Positions 40,379 to 53,766 of a stretch of 64,000 nt of DNA are shown here, piece after piece (position 1 is the stretch's first letter; each line of letters begins with the position of its first letter). The stretch spans positions 14,260,001 through 14,324,000 of the forward strand of contig OX597819.1 of the NCBI GenBank assembly GCA_951406725.2. Reading direction: 5' to 3'. The position numbers were made by a program, and so were the translations under genes. Origin of the DNA: Octopus vulgaris. Its lineage: Eukaryota. Below the pieces are notes generated by a model, which saw nothing but the letters and a program-made list of their open reading frames with translations, did no database searches and had not been told where the DNA came from.

Positions 40379-40398
40379 TGACGTAACAAGATGGCGGC
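40379..40398 (+). promoter_or_regulatory. Adjacent CRE/ATF-like and YY1/Pho consensus motifs
   Basis: TGACGTAA immediately followed by CAAGATGGCGGC; motif match only. Confidence 0.3.
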
Positions 40399-40535
40399 CG
40401 AGTGCAGCACAATGCCGTGTATTGTTTCTGGGAAGGAAGAACGAAAGGAAGAACGAAAGGAGGAGGGGAAAAAAAGAAAACAGAGGAAGAAAGAGGAACG
40501 GCATTGATGACGGTGACGACGACGACGACGACGAC

Positions 40536-40570
<35 letters not shown>

Positions 40571-40914
40571 GTAAGAGAAGGATGACAATGACAATAACAA
40601 CATCGACGACGACTATAATGATGATGATGATGATGATGATTATGATGGTGATGATGATGATGACGATGATGAGGATGATGATGACAGCGATGATGGCTAA
40701 GAGAATGGGAGTGTTTGTGGAGATGAAGGCGGTGGTGTATAAAGAAAAAACAGAAGAGGAGGAGGAGGAGGAGGAAGGGAAGAAGAAGGAGAAATTTTGT
40801 GGCAAAAATTGTGAAGGAGGCTCGCCGTGATTTCTCCGGGTTTTGTATAGTTTTTAGCAAATATCTTGCAAATATTTATACAAAGCCTTTGTTTATATTT
40901 GTATCTGGAGTGCG

Positions 40915-40967
<53 letters not shown>

Positions 40968-41012
40968 CATTATTTATCCTAACACACACGCACACACCAG
41001 GCTGCGCACACT

Positions 41013-41048
<36 letters not shown>

Positions 41049-41062
41049 CATACATACATACA

Positions 41063-41113
<51 letters not shown>

Positions 41114-41151
41114 ATATATATATATATATAGATAGATAGATATATATATAT

Positions 41152-41233
<82 letters not shown>

Positions 41234-41417
41234 GAGTGTATTTTTACCTTGTTAACAATTAACACGGAAAAAATAAATAAATAGTTACCAGGGTAGCAAA
41301 AATCTCACAAATAAAGATGTTGTAACTCCTTGTTTATAAAGGTAGAAACTTCGTGTTTACGTTGAATATTTTGGATAAAATATGAATAAATAAATGGAGT
41401 TTAACTCCATTTATTTA

Positions 41418-41474
<57 letters not shown>

Positions 41475-42047
41475 AAAATGAGAGTAATATCTACTATTAT
41501 CTTTTCCCTAGGAGATTCCTTGATCCTCCAACAATGGAACTGCTAGCTGCTGTTATCTTCTACTAAGGGATCTCCGTAATTCTTCGATCATAGAAATATT
41601 ATTTTTCACTAAAGATGTTCCTTAATTCTTCGATAAACTGGCGTCTACTAATATTCTTTATTAAGTATATTTCTTAATTCCTTCTCTCCGAAGACGGTAT
41701 AGTTGCCTCGTATGGAAATCTTAGCTCAAGTACATGTGTTCCACATGCTCAGCTATTCTGGAAACAGTTTTAAGAGACTTTACGCATTATTTCTTAATCC
41801 CTAATTTTATTTGAATTATAAATTAGAAGGTCAAAAGAGACGCCACATGTTTTGCCTCTTGGTTCTCTCTTTCTTATATATATATATATATATATATATA
41901 TTTCTACTCGCTCAATGATGAACCACTTATAGCCATCTTTGAAACGCAGATTCAGCACCACATTTGTACTTCAACCCAAAGTTTTAGTTGTAAACCAATA
42001 TGAGCACTTATAGTATAAACCTATTTCATTACCCCATTAGACTAAAT

Positions 42048-42166
<119 letters not shown>

Positions 42167-42376
42167 GTTATGAGAGGTAATGGTGTCAGTGAGACCCAAA
42201 GGTGTCAGGTAATGCTGAATAAGTGCTATGGATAGACCATAGTTAAGTTCCAGGGCTCGGTGTTTATGCGAATAAAGGGTTCAACTACAAATCTCACATC
42301 TATTTTCTTTCCTCCACCTCACTCTCTATTTCATATCTTATCTAAATTAACTATTTCTTAACCATTTTCTCACATC

Positions 42377-42424
42377 GTCTCTGATGAAGGGATATAATAA
42401 ATATCCTGGAAACAGCTGTAAGAC
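42377..42424 (+). ncRNA. Type I minimal hammerhead ribozyme (Penelope-like element type)
   Basis: GTCT CTGATGA A GGGATAT-AATAA-ATATCCT G GAAA CAGCTG TA AGAC: stem I GTCT/AGAC, intact core, palindromic ACAGCTGT helix III, GUA triplet. Confidence 0.75.
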
Positions 42425-42492
42425 CGTCTATCTATAAATGTTCTAAAATCTACACAGCCTTGGTTTTTCATCTCATATATACATATATACAC

Positions 42493-42565
<73 letters not shown>

Positions 42566-42668
42566 CGTGCGTGTGTGTGTGTATGTGTGTGTGTGTGTGT
42601 ATTTATATATATGCAAAGATTAAAAAAAAATTATAGTTCTTAAGTTTGACGGAATTAAGGCAGGTTGG

Positions 42669-42737
42669 TGCGCTAGTGTAATGGTAGCATTTTTGTCGCG
42701 AAAACAATGAGGTATGGATTCGAGTCCCACGAGCGCG
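42669..42737 (+). pseudogene. Degenerate tRNA-like sequence or SINE head
   Basis: GCGCT/AGCGC acceptor pairing, TAGTGTAATGG A box, TTGT-N7-ACAA anticodon arm, GGATTCGAGTCC B box; short acceptor stem and an internal T5. Confidence 0.5.
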
Positions 42738-43427
42738 GGAAAACCTACATTTTTGTGTCGATAGCTTATATGCCCCCTTATTAGACTATTTTCTTTTGTC
42801 TTTATTACTTACAGACTACACACACACACACACACACATATATATATGTATGCATACGTATATATATATATATGTCTATGTATACACACACATACACACA
42901 CACAAACACAAACACAAACACACACACACACATACACACACACACATATATATATATATATATTTGTATATATACAAATACACCCAGCCACCCACAAACA
43001 TATAAAGTATATTAAATACATGAAATACAAAAAAGATATATATGTATACATATCAGGTCCGATTTATAATATAAATGATATTGATAACCTTTGGACTTCT
43101 TTCCTTTAACATCTCAAATGTAAGATCTTTTTCTTGAAGATGTAGGTTCGTCTCAATCTACAAACATTATTATAGATCACCCAGTTCCCAGAAACAGCTG
43201 TTGGATTTGTTAGGAATTCTCTATATCATTTATATTCTGTGTGAATCAGACCTTTTTATATGTATACCTACATATACATCTTTCGTATTTCATGTATTTA
43301 ATATATTTTATTTATTGATCTGTCTAACTTGCTTATCTTTACATTTACTTCTATACCCGCTCAAGTTTAAATATCTTGGACACTGTTAAGTATATTCCAT
43401 ACGGAGATCTGATACTCATCTATGAAT

Positions 43428-43519
<92 letters not shown>

Positions 43520-43521
43520 AC

Positions 43522-43709
43522 TTATAAACAAGGGCAAAAGAAAAAATTCTAATGCCAAATATGCCGAAAATAGACTTAAATCGTCAATAACCATATAATT
43601 CATCACTATAACGCGTGCTTATAGTGATGAATTATATGGTTATTGGCGATTTAAGTCTATTTTCGGCATATTTGGCATTAGGATTTTTTTCCTTTGCCCT
43701 TGTTTATAA
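43522..43709. repeat. Near-perfect palindrome with ~90-bp arms
   Basis: Arms 43522-43611 and 43619-43709; loop CGCGTGC. Confidence 0.95.
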
Positions 43710-43885
43710 ATTTAACCTTTAAAGGTATTTTTTAATATGCTGGCCATAGATAGAAATTTTTTCGAAATATTTTATCCTATATTATATATATATATATATA
43801 TATATAAATATATATATATATGCAAATCATGTATATATATATATATATATATATATGCAAATCATGTATATATATATATATATAT

Positions 43886-46858
43886 ATGTATGCAAATCAC
43901 CCATTACCAACTTCCCTTACCTCGACATTCCTGTTAAATGTACGTGGCATCAACCCATCAATTATTGCCCAAAAATGGAAGATCCCATATATAGAGAGTT
44001 GGCTTGCCGAAATGGCACATTGCTTCCCTTTCTTTATCCTTACCGAGACTCACCTGAACAACACCCATATGGACGCAGAGGTGAAAATAAAAGATTTCAC
44101 TATTGTTCGTGCGGATCGCACAGACCGAAATAAGGGAGGGACAGCCATCTTTATCCATGACTCCTTTTCACTTGATGCCAAGGACACATTATCCAATGGC
44201 TACTGTGAATCGGTATCAGTATACAACAAAGCCAAGGACATAACCATTGTTGGTCTTTACAGGCCTCCCCAGGCACCTCTAAAGTACTTTGAAGAGTGCC
44301 TTAGCAAAGTCAAGTCCTTCCTTCGGAAGTACCACTCCGGAAACATAATAGTGATGGGTGATTTTAACCTCCCTCATGTGAACTGGCCCACAAATACTCC
44401 GAAGTTAGGCAAGTGCTCTACATCAGATAGGGCAGCAGCAGAACTGCTCTTTAATCTGATGGATGAGTATTTCCTGACTCAGCTAGTGCTTGAACCAACG
44501 AGACAGAATAAAACGATCTTGGATCTGGTACTGACCAATCACTCTAGCTACGTTCACAGCATTTCAGTCGAAAAAACTCTCCTCTCAGACCACGACATGG
44601 TACTCTGCAATCTTAATTCCCGACGTATAAAAACCAAACCAGCCAATCCCACTCCATGGCACCCATTTGACAACATAAATTTCCACAAAGCGGACTGGGG
44701 AACAATCAGAAAGGATCTGTCTTCCATCGACTGGTCTTTTACTCTCAATTCCCCTCATATTGAGACCGCGTGGCAGCACTTTGAAACCATTGTCACCGAC
44801 ACATGCTCTAAACACGCTCCCAAGAAATCTACTAACACAAACAGAAACCGGCTCCCTAAAAAGAAAAAAACACTCATCAGGCGCATCAAAAGACTCAACA
44901 AAAAAATCAACCAATTAAAATATTCCCACACGCAACATCCACATTCAACAACAATGAAAAGACTAGAGCTGGAAAAACTTCATCTGCAGACTAACATGAA
45001 AACCTCCATTGAAGATCAAAGAGCTGTGGAGGAACAATGGGTAATCAAAAACATCAAACAGAACCCAAAAGTGTTCTATTCTTATGCAAATAAGCATAGA
45101 ACCACTGTCTCACCTATTGGGCCATTGATTGATGAAAACGGCATTCCCCAACACGATGCTAAAGAAATGGCAGAAATACTGCAGAAACAATATTGCTCTG
45201 TCTTCAGTGTTCCCACTGATATTGATGTGAGGGAAACGAACGAAGCTGACTCCCAACACAAAATCGCAGACATAACCTTCACTGCCACCGACATCGTAGC
45301 AGCAATAAATGAGGTCAAACATTACTCTGCTGTAGGCCCTGATAGATTTCCCGCCAGTCTCCTGAAGGAATGTAGACACCAACTTGCAGTCCCTCTAACT
45401 AACCTCTGGAGAAACTCGTTAGACGCAGGTTATATACCGAAAAAGTTTCTATCCCAGTCGGTCATCCCGGTTTTCAAACAGGGAAACAGATCCCTCGCAG
45501 TCAACTATCGCCCAATCTCACTCACCTCCCACATCATTAAAGTGTTTGAAAGAGTGTTAAGATCAAGGATAGCTGACTTCCTGGAGACCCACAAACTCCT
45601 AAATTCAAATCAGCATGGCTTTCGCTGTGGCAGGGACTGTCTAACACAGCTCTTACACCACATTGAAGATGTACTCAAAGCCTTGGGAACAGGTTCGAAC
45701 TCTGACGTCATATACCTTGACTTCAGTAAAGCGTTCGACAGGGTAGACCATAACATCCTACTCTCAAAATTGGCAAATGTTGGAATCCGTGGAAAAGTTC
45801 TACACTGGATTCAGTATTTCCTAGCGAATAGAACACAACATGTTGTAGTTGATGGAGTCCACTCAAACCCAGCAAAAGTCACCAGCGGTGTTCCCCAGGG
45901 AACTGTTTTGGGTCCGCTACTCTTCATAATTTATGTAAACGACCTTTCCAGTGTCGTACATCACTGCAAAGTGAAAATATTCGCTGATGACACTAAGCTC
46001 CAGCAAATCGTCAATGAAGAAGCAGACCGAACTCAACTCCAGTCTGACCTATATGCTGTGAGTCAATGGGCAGACAGAAACAAAATGCAACTGAATGAGG
46101 GAAAATTTGAGCTGATGCATTTTGGAAGAAATTCCTCACTAAAACAACCATACTCTCTTCCTTCAGGGGAACCGCTCACAGCCTCTAACAATATCAGAGA
46201 CCTGGGTGTAATTGTTGATGACGATCTCAGTTGGAGTGCACACATCAACAAGAAGGTCGATACAGCTCGTAGGATGAGTTCCTGGATCTTAAGAACTTTC
46301 CGGTCCAGAGAACAAGGTGTCATCATACCACTTTTTTCATCCTTTGTACGGCCACACCTTGAATACTGCTGCCCACTGTGGTCTCCTCACACAAGACAAA
46401 ACATCTCCAGAATTGAGTCACCCCAGAGGGCTCTCACTAAACAAATTGAAGGCATGGCTGCTCTCGACTATTGGGATCGCCTTAAAGCCTTGAAACTTTA
46501 CTCCCTCCAGCGTCGCCGTGAGCGGTACATCATTTGTACGATGTGGAAAATATACCGCCAACTTTGCCCAAACGATCTAAACATTAGCTTCAAGGTTCAT
46601 CCGAGACTTGGACCACGGGCTATACGTCCCCTGCCAAATTCAAGATCACAACATACATGTACACTGCAACATAATTTCTTTTCCTCAACAGGCCCTGCCC
46701 TATTTAACATTGTCCCGAGGGAGATCAAAGAGGAAAAGGATCCCATCAACTTCAAACAGAGTCTGGATAGATTCCTTCAAAGAATACCAGATAAGCCACC
46801 CATAATTGGATACAACTCACCCAACAAGAACTCACTACTTGAACAAAACTTGACTTAA
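43886..46858 (+). CDS. LINE ORF2: APE endonuclease + reverse transcriptase (CR1/L2 group)
   Basis: APE motifs LNVRG, LTETHL, GLYRPP, MGDFN, ILDLVL, SDHD; RT motifs YRPISLTS, QHGFR, YLDFSKAFDRVDH, GVPQGTVLGPLLF, FADD; ~990 codons without a stop. The ATG lies in the flanking microsatellite, so the true start is uncertain. Confidence 0.95.
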   Translation: MYANHPLPTSLTSTFLLNVRGINPSIIAQKWKIPYIESWLAEMAHCFPFFILTETHLNNTHMDAEVKIKDFTIVRADRTDRNKGGTAIFIHDSFSLDAKDTLSNGYCESVSVYNKAKDITIVGLYRPPQAPLKYFEECLSKVKSFLRKYHSGNIIVMGDFNLPHVNWPTNTPKLGKCSTSDRAAAELLFNLMDEYFLTQLVLEPTRQNKTILDLVLTNHSSYVHSISVEKTLLSDHDMVLCNLNSRRIKTKPANPTPWHPFDNINFHKADWGTIRKDLSSIDWSFTLNSPHIETAWQHFETIVTDTCSKHAPKKSTNTNRNRLPKKKKTLIRRIKRLNKKINQLKYSHTQHPHSTTMKRLELEKLHLQTNMKTSIEDQRAVEEQWVIKNIKQNPKVFYSYANKHRTTVSPIGPLIDENGIPQHDAKEMAEILQKQYCSVFSVPTDIDVRETNEADSQHKIADITFTATDIVAAINEVKHYSAVGPDRFPASLLKECRHQLAVPLTNLWRNSLDAGYIPKKFLSQSVIPVFKQGNRSLAVNYRPISLTSHIIKVFERVLRSRIADFLETHKLLNSNQHGFRCGRDCLTQLLHHIEDVLKALGTGSNSDVIYLDFSKAFDRVDHNILLSKLANVGIRGKVLHWIQYFLANRTQHVVVDGVHSNPAKVTSGVPQGTVLGPLLFIIYVNDLSSVVHHCKVKIFADDTKLQQIVNEEADRTQLQSDLYAVSQWADRNKMQLNEGKFELMHFGRNSSLKQPYSLPSGEPLTASNNIRDLGVIVDDDLSWSAHINKKVDTARRMSSWILRTFRSREQGVIIPLFSSFVRPHLEYCCPLWSPHTRQNISRIESPQRALTKQIEGMAALDYWDRLKALKLYSLQRRRERYIICTMWKIYRQLCPNDLNISFKVHPRLGPRAIRPLPNSRSQHTCTLQHNFFSSTGPALFNIVPREIKEEKDPINFKQSLDRFLQRIPDKPPIIGYNSPNKNSLLEQNLT

Positions 46859-46954
46859 ACAGGATTCGAATAATCCTATCAGGTGGTGCTATTAAGTTAG
46901 ACATGGCCTGGACCAATCTCTGGTCGAAACATATCTAAGTTTTATCTAAGTTTT
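43890..46954 (+). mobile_element. 5'-truncated LINE inserted in (TA)n
   Basis: No ORF1; short 3' UTR with hairpin GACCA-ATCTC-TGGTC and tail (ATCTAAGTTTT)2; TA repeats on both sides. Confidence 0.9.
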
Positions 46955-46961
46955 ATGTATG

Positions 46962-47054
<93 letters not shown>

Positions 47055-47079
47055 ATATATATGTATATATATATATATA

Positions 47080-47128
<49 letters not shown>

Positions 47129-47427
47129 ATATGTATTTATGTATGTATAAATAGACCTTAGTGGTCGCTTTTCTCCATAACTTATCAGCCTTCAGGTTTG
47201 ATTACAGAGTTGTATGTATGTACTAGGCAGTAAGTATCTATACATTAAACTTGACTGAAATTGATAGATGAGTCTGTGGGTCTATCGGATGTGCATGGAG
47301 CTGTGTAAGCGTTGATATGTGTATTTGATACCTAATGTGTTCACCTCATCATTTTTCAGTCATTTGCTTAGATTATGTCGCCTTAATCGGAGAGTATATA
47401 TTATTAAAGTTATTATATATATATATA

Positions 47428-47816
47428 TACTCTTTTATTTGTTTAGTCATTTGACTGTGACCATGCTGGAGCACCGCCTTTAGTCGTGCAAATCAATCCC
47501 AGGACTTATTCTTTGTAAGCCTAGTACTTATTCTTTCGGTCTCTTTTGCCGAACCGCTAAGTTACGGGGACGTAAACACACCAGCATCGATTGTGTAGCG
47601 ATGTTGGTGGGACAGACACAAAACACAAACACACACACACACATATATATATACGACGGGCTTCTTTCAGTTTCCGTCTACGAAATCCACTCACAAGGCT
47701 TTGGTTGGCTCGAGGCTATAGTAGAAGACACTTGTCCAAGGTACCACGCAGTGGGACTGAACCAGGAACCATGTAGTTGGTAAGCAAGCTACTTACCACA
47801 CAGCCACTCCTATGCC
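47428..47816 (-). mobile_element. SINE family C
   Basis: family homology. Confidence 0.85.
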
Positions 47817-48071
47817 TATATATATATATCCAGTTAAAAGTAACTGCCATTAAATAAAGCAATAATGATGTAACGAATAACGAACTCAATGCATGTGTAG
47901 GCTCTAGTTATTGTTTATTAATATTTGTTGATTGTGACTTCGAAGTTTCGCCGGTGGTGGCTTTTTTTTCTTGTGCAAATTCAATAAGCATGCTTCGGTG
48001 AACGTTCGAAGTCACTAACAACGAAATATAATAGATTAATAAGTACGTGTGTATGTGTGTTTGCGTATGTA

Positions 48072-48425
48072 TACTCTTTTACTCTTTTACTTGTTTCAGT
48101 CATTTGACATGCTGGAGCACCGCCTTTAGTCGAGCAAATTGACCCCGGTACTTATTCTTTGTAAGCCCAGTACTTATTCTATCGGTCTCTTTTGCCGAAC
48201 CGCTCGATAACGGGGACATAAACACACCAGCATCGGTTGTCAAGCAATGCTAGGGGGACAAACACAGACACACAAACACACACACATACACATATATATA
48301 TACAAGGCATTGGTCGGCCCGGGGCTATAGCAGAAGACACTTGCCCAAGATGCCACGCAGTGGGACTGAACCCGGAACCATGTGGTTGGTTAGCAAGCTA
48401 TTTACCACGCAGCCACTCCTGCGCC
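48072..48425 (-). mobile_element. SINE family C with internal deletion
   Basis: family homology. Confidence 0.85.
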
Positions 48426-48762
48426 TATGTCTATGTATGTCTATGTATGTATTTAATTGTGCATGTGTGCCTGTATATGTATGCATGTAGATACATATTT
48501 CTGTATGTATCAGTGTGTATACACACACACATAGGTATGTATGTATGTATGATATATGTGTGTATGTATGTATGTACATGAGTGTGTGTATGTATGTATC
48601 TACGTACATGTGTATGTATATGTGTGTGTGTGAGTATGCATCTGCATATATAGTTATATGCATGTGCATATACAGCATATACAGTATGTGATGCGTGTAG
48701 ACGAAAGATGAATAAAACTATCTTGTTTGTGCTTGAAAACATCATCATCATCATCGTCGTCG

Positions 48763-48794
<32 letters not shown>

Positions 48795-48969
48795 GTCGTC
48801 GTTGTCATCATCATGGTCGTCGTCGTCATCATCATCATCATCATCGTCGTCATCATCATCATCGTCAACATCATCATCATCATCGTCGTCGTCGTCATCA
48901 TCATCATCATCGTCGTTGTCATTATCATCGTCGTCGTCGTCATCATCATCATCATCGTCAACATCATCA

Positions 48970-49002
<33 letters not shown>

Positions 49003-49119
49003 TTATCATAATTATCATTATTATTGTTGCCGTTGTTGTTGTAGGTATGTCGGCGTGAGAATATCTAAGCCTGCGATGCTCGGTCAATGTTTCTCAGTTC
49101 TTTCCTGGAGAAAAGGGGA

Positions 49120-49247
<128 letters not shown>

Positions 49248-49438
49248 TATGTATATATATATATATATATATATGTGAGTGTGTGAGAGAGAGGGAGAGG
49301 GGGAAGAGAAGGGAAGCAATGGTCTGAATTTCTCCATTGTTTTCTTGGTTGTAACTTTTAGCAACAGCAACAACAACAACAACATCAACAACGCCACTAA
49401 CAAATAACAATATAGCTAACAACTGTACCACCACCACC

Positions 49439-49484
<46 letters not shown>

Positions 49485-50036
49485 CGAACAACAATGACGG
49501 CGGCCATGACAAATATAAACAAAAAAAATACCAAAAGAAAATTCCTTGGCTGAGTTGTTCTTTTTTTTCTTGTATTTCTTTTCAACTAACAAAATGGCGG
49601 CGAGTCGATCACTTCTAAACTGTTAAGATGTATTTGCTGTCTTTATTTGGTTACCTGTTCAATAAGCTTGTTTACTTGCAGATTTCGCTGTTGTTCCTCT
49701 GTCTATACACACTCTGTGACTGAATGCGACTTTTCACTGCCATTTTGTTTTCCAGAGAAATTCTCCTGATTATAACTTTCTTTCGTTTTTCTTCTTTTCG
49801 TTCTTATTTTTTAATGTTTCTGTTCTCTTCCCTTGGCACCGTCAAACTAAAGTTACATATGTCACATGCTTTTGATGTTTGGTTAAGAATTTTAACGAAA
49901 GTCGCTAGAAAACATTTGCAAAATGAAGTTATTGTTGTGAAGAAAGGACGAGGGCAAAAATTGAAAGTAACGAAGAAGTAAAGAACATCGAAGAAAAAAA
50001 AAGAAGAAAGAAACCAACAAAGAAACAAAGAAGGAA

Positions 50037-50073
<37 letters not shown>

Positions 50074-50319
50074 GGGGTATAAATTCCCTTCATTCTAAAT
50101 ATTTTTCTCCAGACGCAGACAATCATCTCCAAAATTGTGTACACATTCATATGTTTGCTTCAGAAAGGGGGACCAACAACATTTTGCCAGATATAATGGT
50201 CATAGGTGTTCTATTGTTGTTGTTGTTGTGGAGATTCCTGTCACTGTTAACGTTGTTGCTGTTGTTGTTGCTGCTGCCTCTGTTGTTTTATGTTTTTAAT
50301 TAAGTTAGTCAGTGGCTGA

Positions 50320-51103
50320 GGCGGCGAGCTGGCAGAAACGTTAGCACGCCGGGCGAAATGCTTAGCGGTATTTCGTCTGCCGCTACGTTCTGAGTTCAAA
50401 TTCCGCCGAGGTCGACTTTGCCTTTCATCCTTTCGGGGTCGATAAATTAAGTACCAGTTACGCACTGGTGTCGATATATTCGACTTAATCCGTTTGTCTG
50501 TCCTTGTTTGTCCCCTCTGTGTTCAGCCCCTTGTGGGTAATAAAGAAACAGGTATTTCGTCTGCCGCTACGTTCTGAGTTCAAATTCCGCCGAGGTCGAC
50601 TTTGCCTTTCATCCTTTCGGGGTCGATAAATTAAGTACCAGTTACGCACTGGTGTCGATATATTCGACTTAATCCGTTTGTCTGTCCTTGTTTGTCCCCT
50701 CTGTGTTCAGCCCCTTGTGGGTAATAAAGAAACAGGTATTTCGTCTGCCGCTACGTTCTGAGTTCAAATTCCGCCGAGGTCGACTTTGCCTTTCATCCTT
50801 TCGGAGTCGATAAATTAAGTACCACTTACGCACTGGGGTCGATATATTCGACTTAATCCGTTTGTCTGTCCTTGTTTGTTCCCTCTGAGTTTAGCCCCTT
50901 GTGGGTAATAAAGAAACAGGTATTTCGTCTGCCGCTCCGTTCTGGGTTCAAATTCCGTCGAGGTCGACTTTGCCGTTCATCCTTTCGGGGTCGATAAATT
51001 AAGTACCAGTTACGCACTGGGGTCGATATATTCGACTTAATCCGTTTGTCTGTCCTTGTTTGTTCCCTCTGAGTTTAGCCCCCTTGTGGGCAGTAAAGAA
51101 ATA
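50320..51103 (+). mobile_element. SINE family A tandem tetramer, 184-bp period
   Basis: GGTATTTCGTCTGCC at 50367, 50551, 50735 and 50919; only the first unit has the 5' head. Confidence 0.95.
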
Positions 51104-51681
51104 AGAACCGTTACTGTGCAGGACAACAATGCTTAGCGGCATTTTTCCCGACTTGACGTTCTAAGTTCAAATTCCGCCGGGGTCGACTTTGTCTCTCGTC
51201 GTTTCGGGGGTCGATAAAATAAGTACCAGTTGAACACTGGGGTCGATGCAATCGACTTACTCCTCCTCCAAAATTGCTGGCTTTGTGCCAAATTTCTAAA
51301 CCGATAGATTAATCAACTGCAGAAGCGGGAGAACAAGTACTTATGGTATATATTCAGCAGTTCTTCCAGAATGTTAAGATCAATACCGATGTTGGCTCGT
51401 GTGAAGAGACTATACCAATTTTATAGAGCGTGGAAGGAGTTCCAAAGAATTTGCTCTTCTGGTGACCAAAGCCGGAGGTCAGATGTAGTAGAGCGGAATG
51501 AGTCAGACGATGTAGGGCGAGGTAGACGGGATGAGCAGCAAAGCTGTTCAAAGGGGAAGGAGTCGATATCGTAGAGACACATCGCGTTAGTAAACCAGAC
51601 ATTGATGGTGGTGGTATTGGTGGTAAAAAAAGTGAGGTAGATTTATAAGCCCTGAAAAATTCACTTCATTAAATTGCCCAC

Positions 51682-51895
51682 GGGCACATGGCGTAGTGGT
51701 TAAGAGCGCTGGCTGCTAACCCCGAATTCGATTCCAGACAGTGACGTGAACAGCAACAGCAACAACAAAAGCAACAACAACAACAACAATCCAGGTTCGA
51801 AATTTCCCCAAGACACCTGATGAAGGTATATCAGCCGAAACGTTGTGTTTGCACCAAACAAGACGAGGACTAATATCCGTAAATAATGGATAATT
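51682..51895 (+). mobile_element. tRNA-Ser(GCT)-like head + (CAA)n + hammerhead tail; putative SINE
   Basis: A box TGGCGTAGTGG 51689-51699, anticodon loop CTGCTAA, B-box-like GAATTCGATTCC 51724-51735; 3' boundary uncertain; no TSD seen. Confidence 0.7.
51812..51849 (+). ncRNA. Type I minimal hammerhead ribozyme motif
   Basis: GACAC CTGATGA A GG-TATATCAG-CC GAAA CGTT GTGTT: 5-bp stem I, intact core, palindromic AACGTT; stem II is only 2 bp in this copy. Confidence 0.7.
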
Positions 51896-53018
51896 CAACC
51901 AATGTTGAAGTTGCTCCCCAGTGACATGCGAGGGCAAGCAACTAGTTGATCAGGCACTTGGAGATATGCACGAAGGCGGAGGACCACAAAAGTATGAAAA
52001 GACTCTTTGCATAAGATTTGGGACATTTAAAGTGAAAACTGTTGGGTCAGAGATCGTAAAATGTCAATGAGATTTTCTTGGAGACAGACTTACAGTAGTA
52101 AGTAAATGAAAATAGAAATGGAACTCTGAGGGGGAGAGAGAGAGGTTGAAGAAAAGGATGAAGCTAGGAGTTAGCTTTGTGATGCCGTGTTTTTGTGGGG
52201 GATAATAAGGGACCAGTTGTTTTACCGAATTGAAGAGATTGGAGGAGTTTTTACAAATGGTGTGTGTATGTGTGTTTGTGTGTGTGTGTTTGAGCGTATA
52301 ACCACGATGTCGAACGGTGGTTGTTGTAGTTATTAAGATTGTTTCAGCAGTTGTTTAACCCTAGGTAAATGTGTCGTCAAAGAAATTCCAACCGTGCCGT
52401 AATCATTCTGTTTTTTTCCCGCATTCTTCAACTTGCTGTATCTCAGACTGCATTGTCCAATGTGGCCTTCCTTTCTGAAGATGATATTCAGTAATCTAGC
52501 AGCTATTTCATGCAGGTCGACCTGTCACACAGTGGCTCCATGGTTGAGTCTTCTTCTTATTGTTGTTGTAGGGGTCCTAGTTGACTTTATATTTCTTTCT
52601 GCTGCCATCTTGTTATACCTACTATTATTACTGCTGCTGTTGTCATGTAGTGCTGTTGATGTCTTATGTCACCTTCGTACCGACAGGATAACAGTGAATG
52701 CAACAATCATTAATATAGAATTGTATCAGCACATGTATGCTCCACCCATGACCATCCCGCTCTACTCTCGAGCCCAGAGTATCTGGGACTATACTATCGA
52801 ATGTATCTCTCCATTTCCAAGTCAATAGTCTAACGCGATGGAGATTCGGCTGCTATTTCTAGCAAGAGAGCAATCATAGACATTCTCTGGTTATAATTAT
52901 TAGTGCTGTTGGTGCTGCTGTTGTTGTTACTGCTGCTGCTGCTGCCTTCCATGCTGTTTTGATCCTATTGTTACTGCCGTTGTTGTTGTAGCTACTGCGT
53001 TTGTTGTTGCTGTTGTGG

Positions 53019-53051
<33 letters not shown>

Positions 53052-53718
53052 CAGTTGTTTTGTTGCTGCTATTGCTGTTGGTGTTGTTCAAACTGCTGCT
53101 GTTGCTGTTGCTGCTGCAGCTGTTACTCCTGCTCCTGTGTTGTATCCCTCCTCCCCCTACACTTCATCTTCCAGTGATGCAATATGCACAACCTGCTCCT
53201 GTTTACTCGGCGTTTCCAGTCAAAATAATAACCGCCGGCATTATCGTCTGCCTCAGTGAAAAACAAATCAATAAATAGCAGGCAGACGATTCTTCTTAAC
53301 CAACCAACGAAAACAAATCTTCAAAAAATAAAGCAGAGACTCCAATTTTTCCTATAAACATAAACATTAAGAATGTTCTCACAAATTTAGGAATGTTTTA
53401 TAAACCTGCTGGTTATTTTGTTATCATTAATTCCATAGCTATACGCCGCTCTTTCAATTCATAATGTTTTATCTGTTTACTCATCTTCATCATCATCATC
53501 ATCATCATTATCATCACTATCACCATCATTGTTATCATCATCATCGTCGTCGTCGTCATCATTGCCATCATCATCATCGTCGTCGTAATCATCATCATCA
53601 TCATCGTCACCATCATCATAATCCTCCTCTACCTTCTCCTCCTCATCCTCATCACCATCACCATCGTCATCATCATCATCATCATCATCGTCATCATCAT
53701 CATCGTCGTCATCATCCC

Positions 53719-53766
<48 letters not shown>

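Noticed and set aside
46895-46932. Hammerhead in the LINE 3' UTR (stem + GAAAC)
   Set aside because: No CTGANGA; better explained as the LINE 3' recognition stem-loop.
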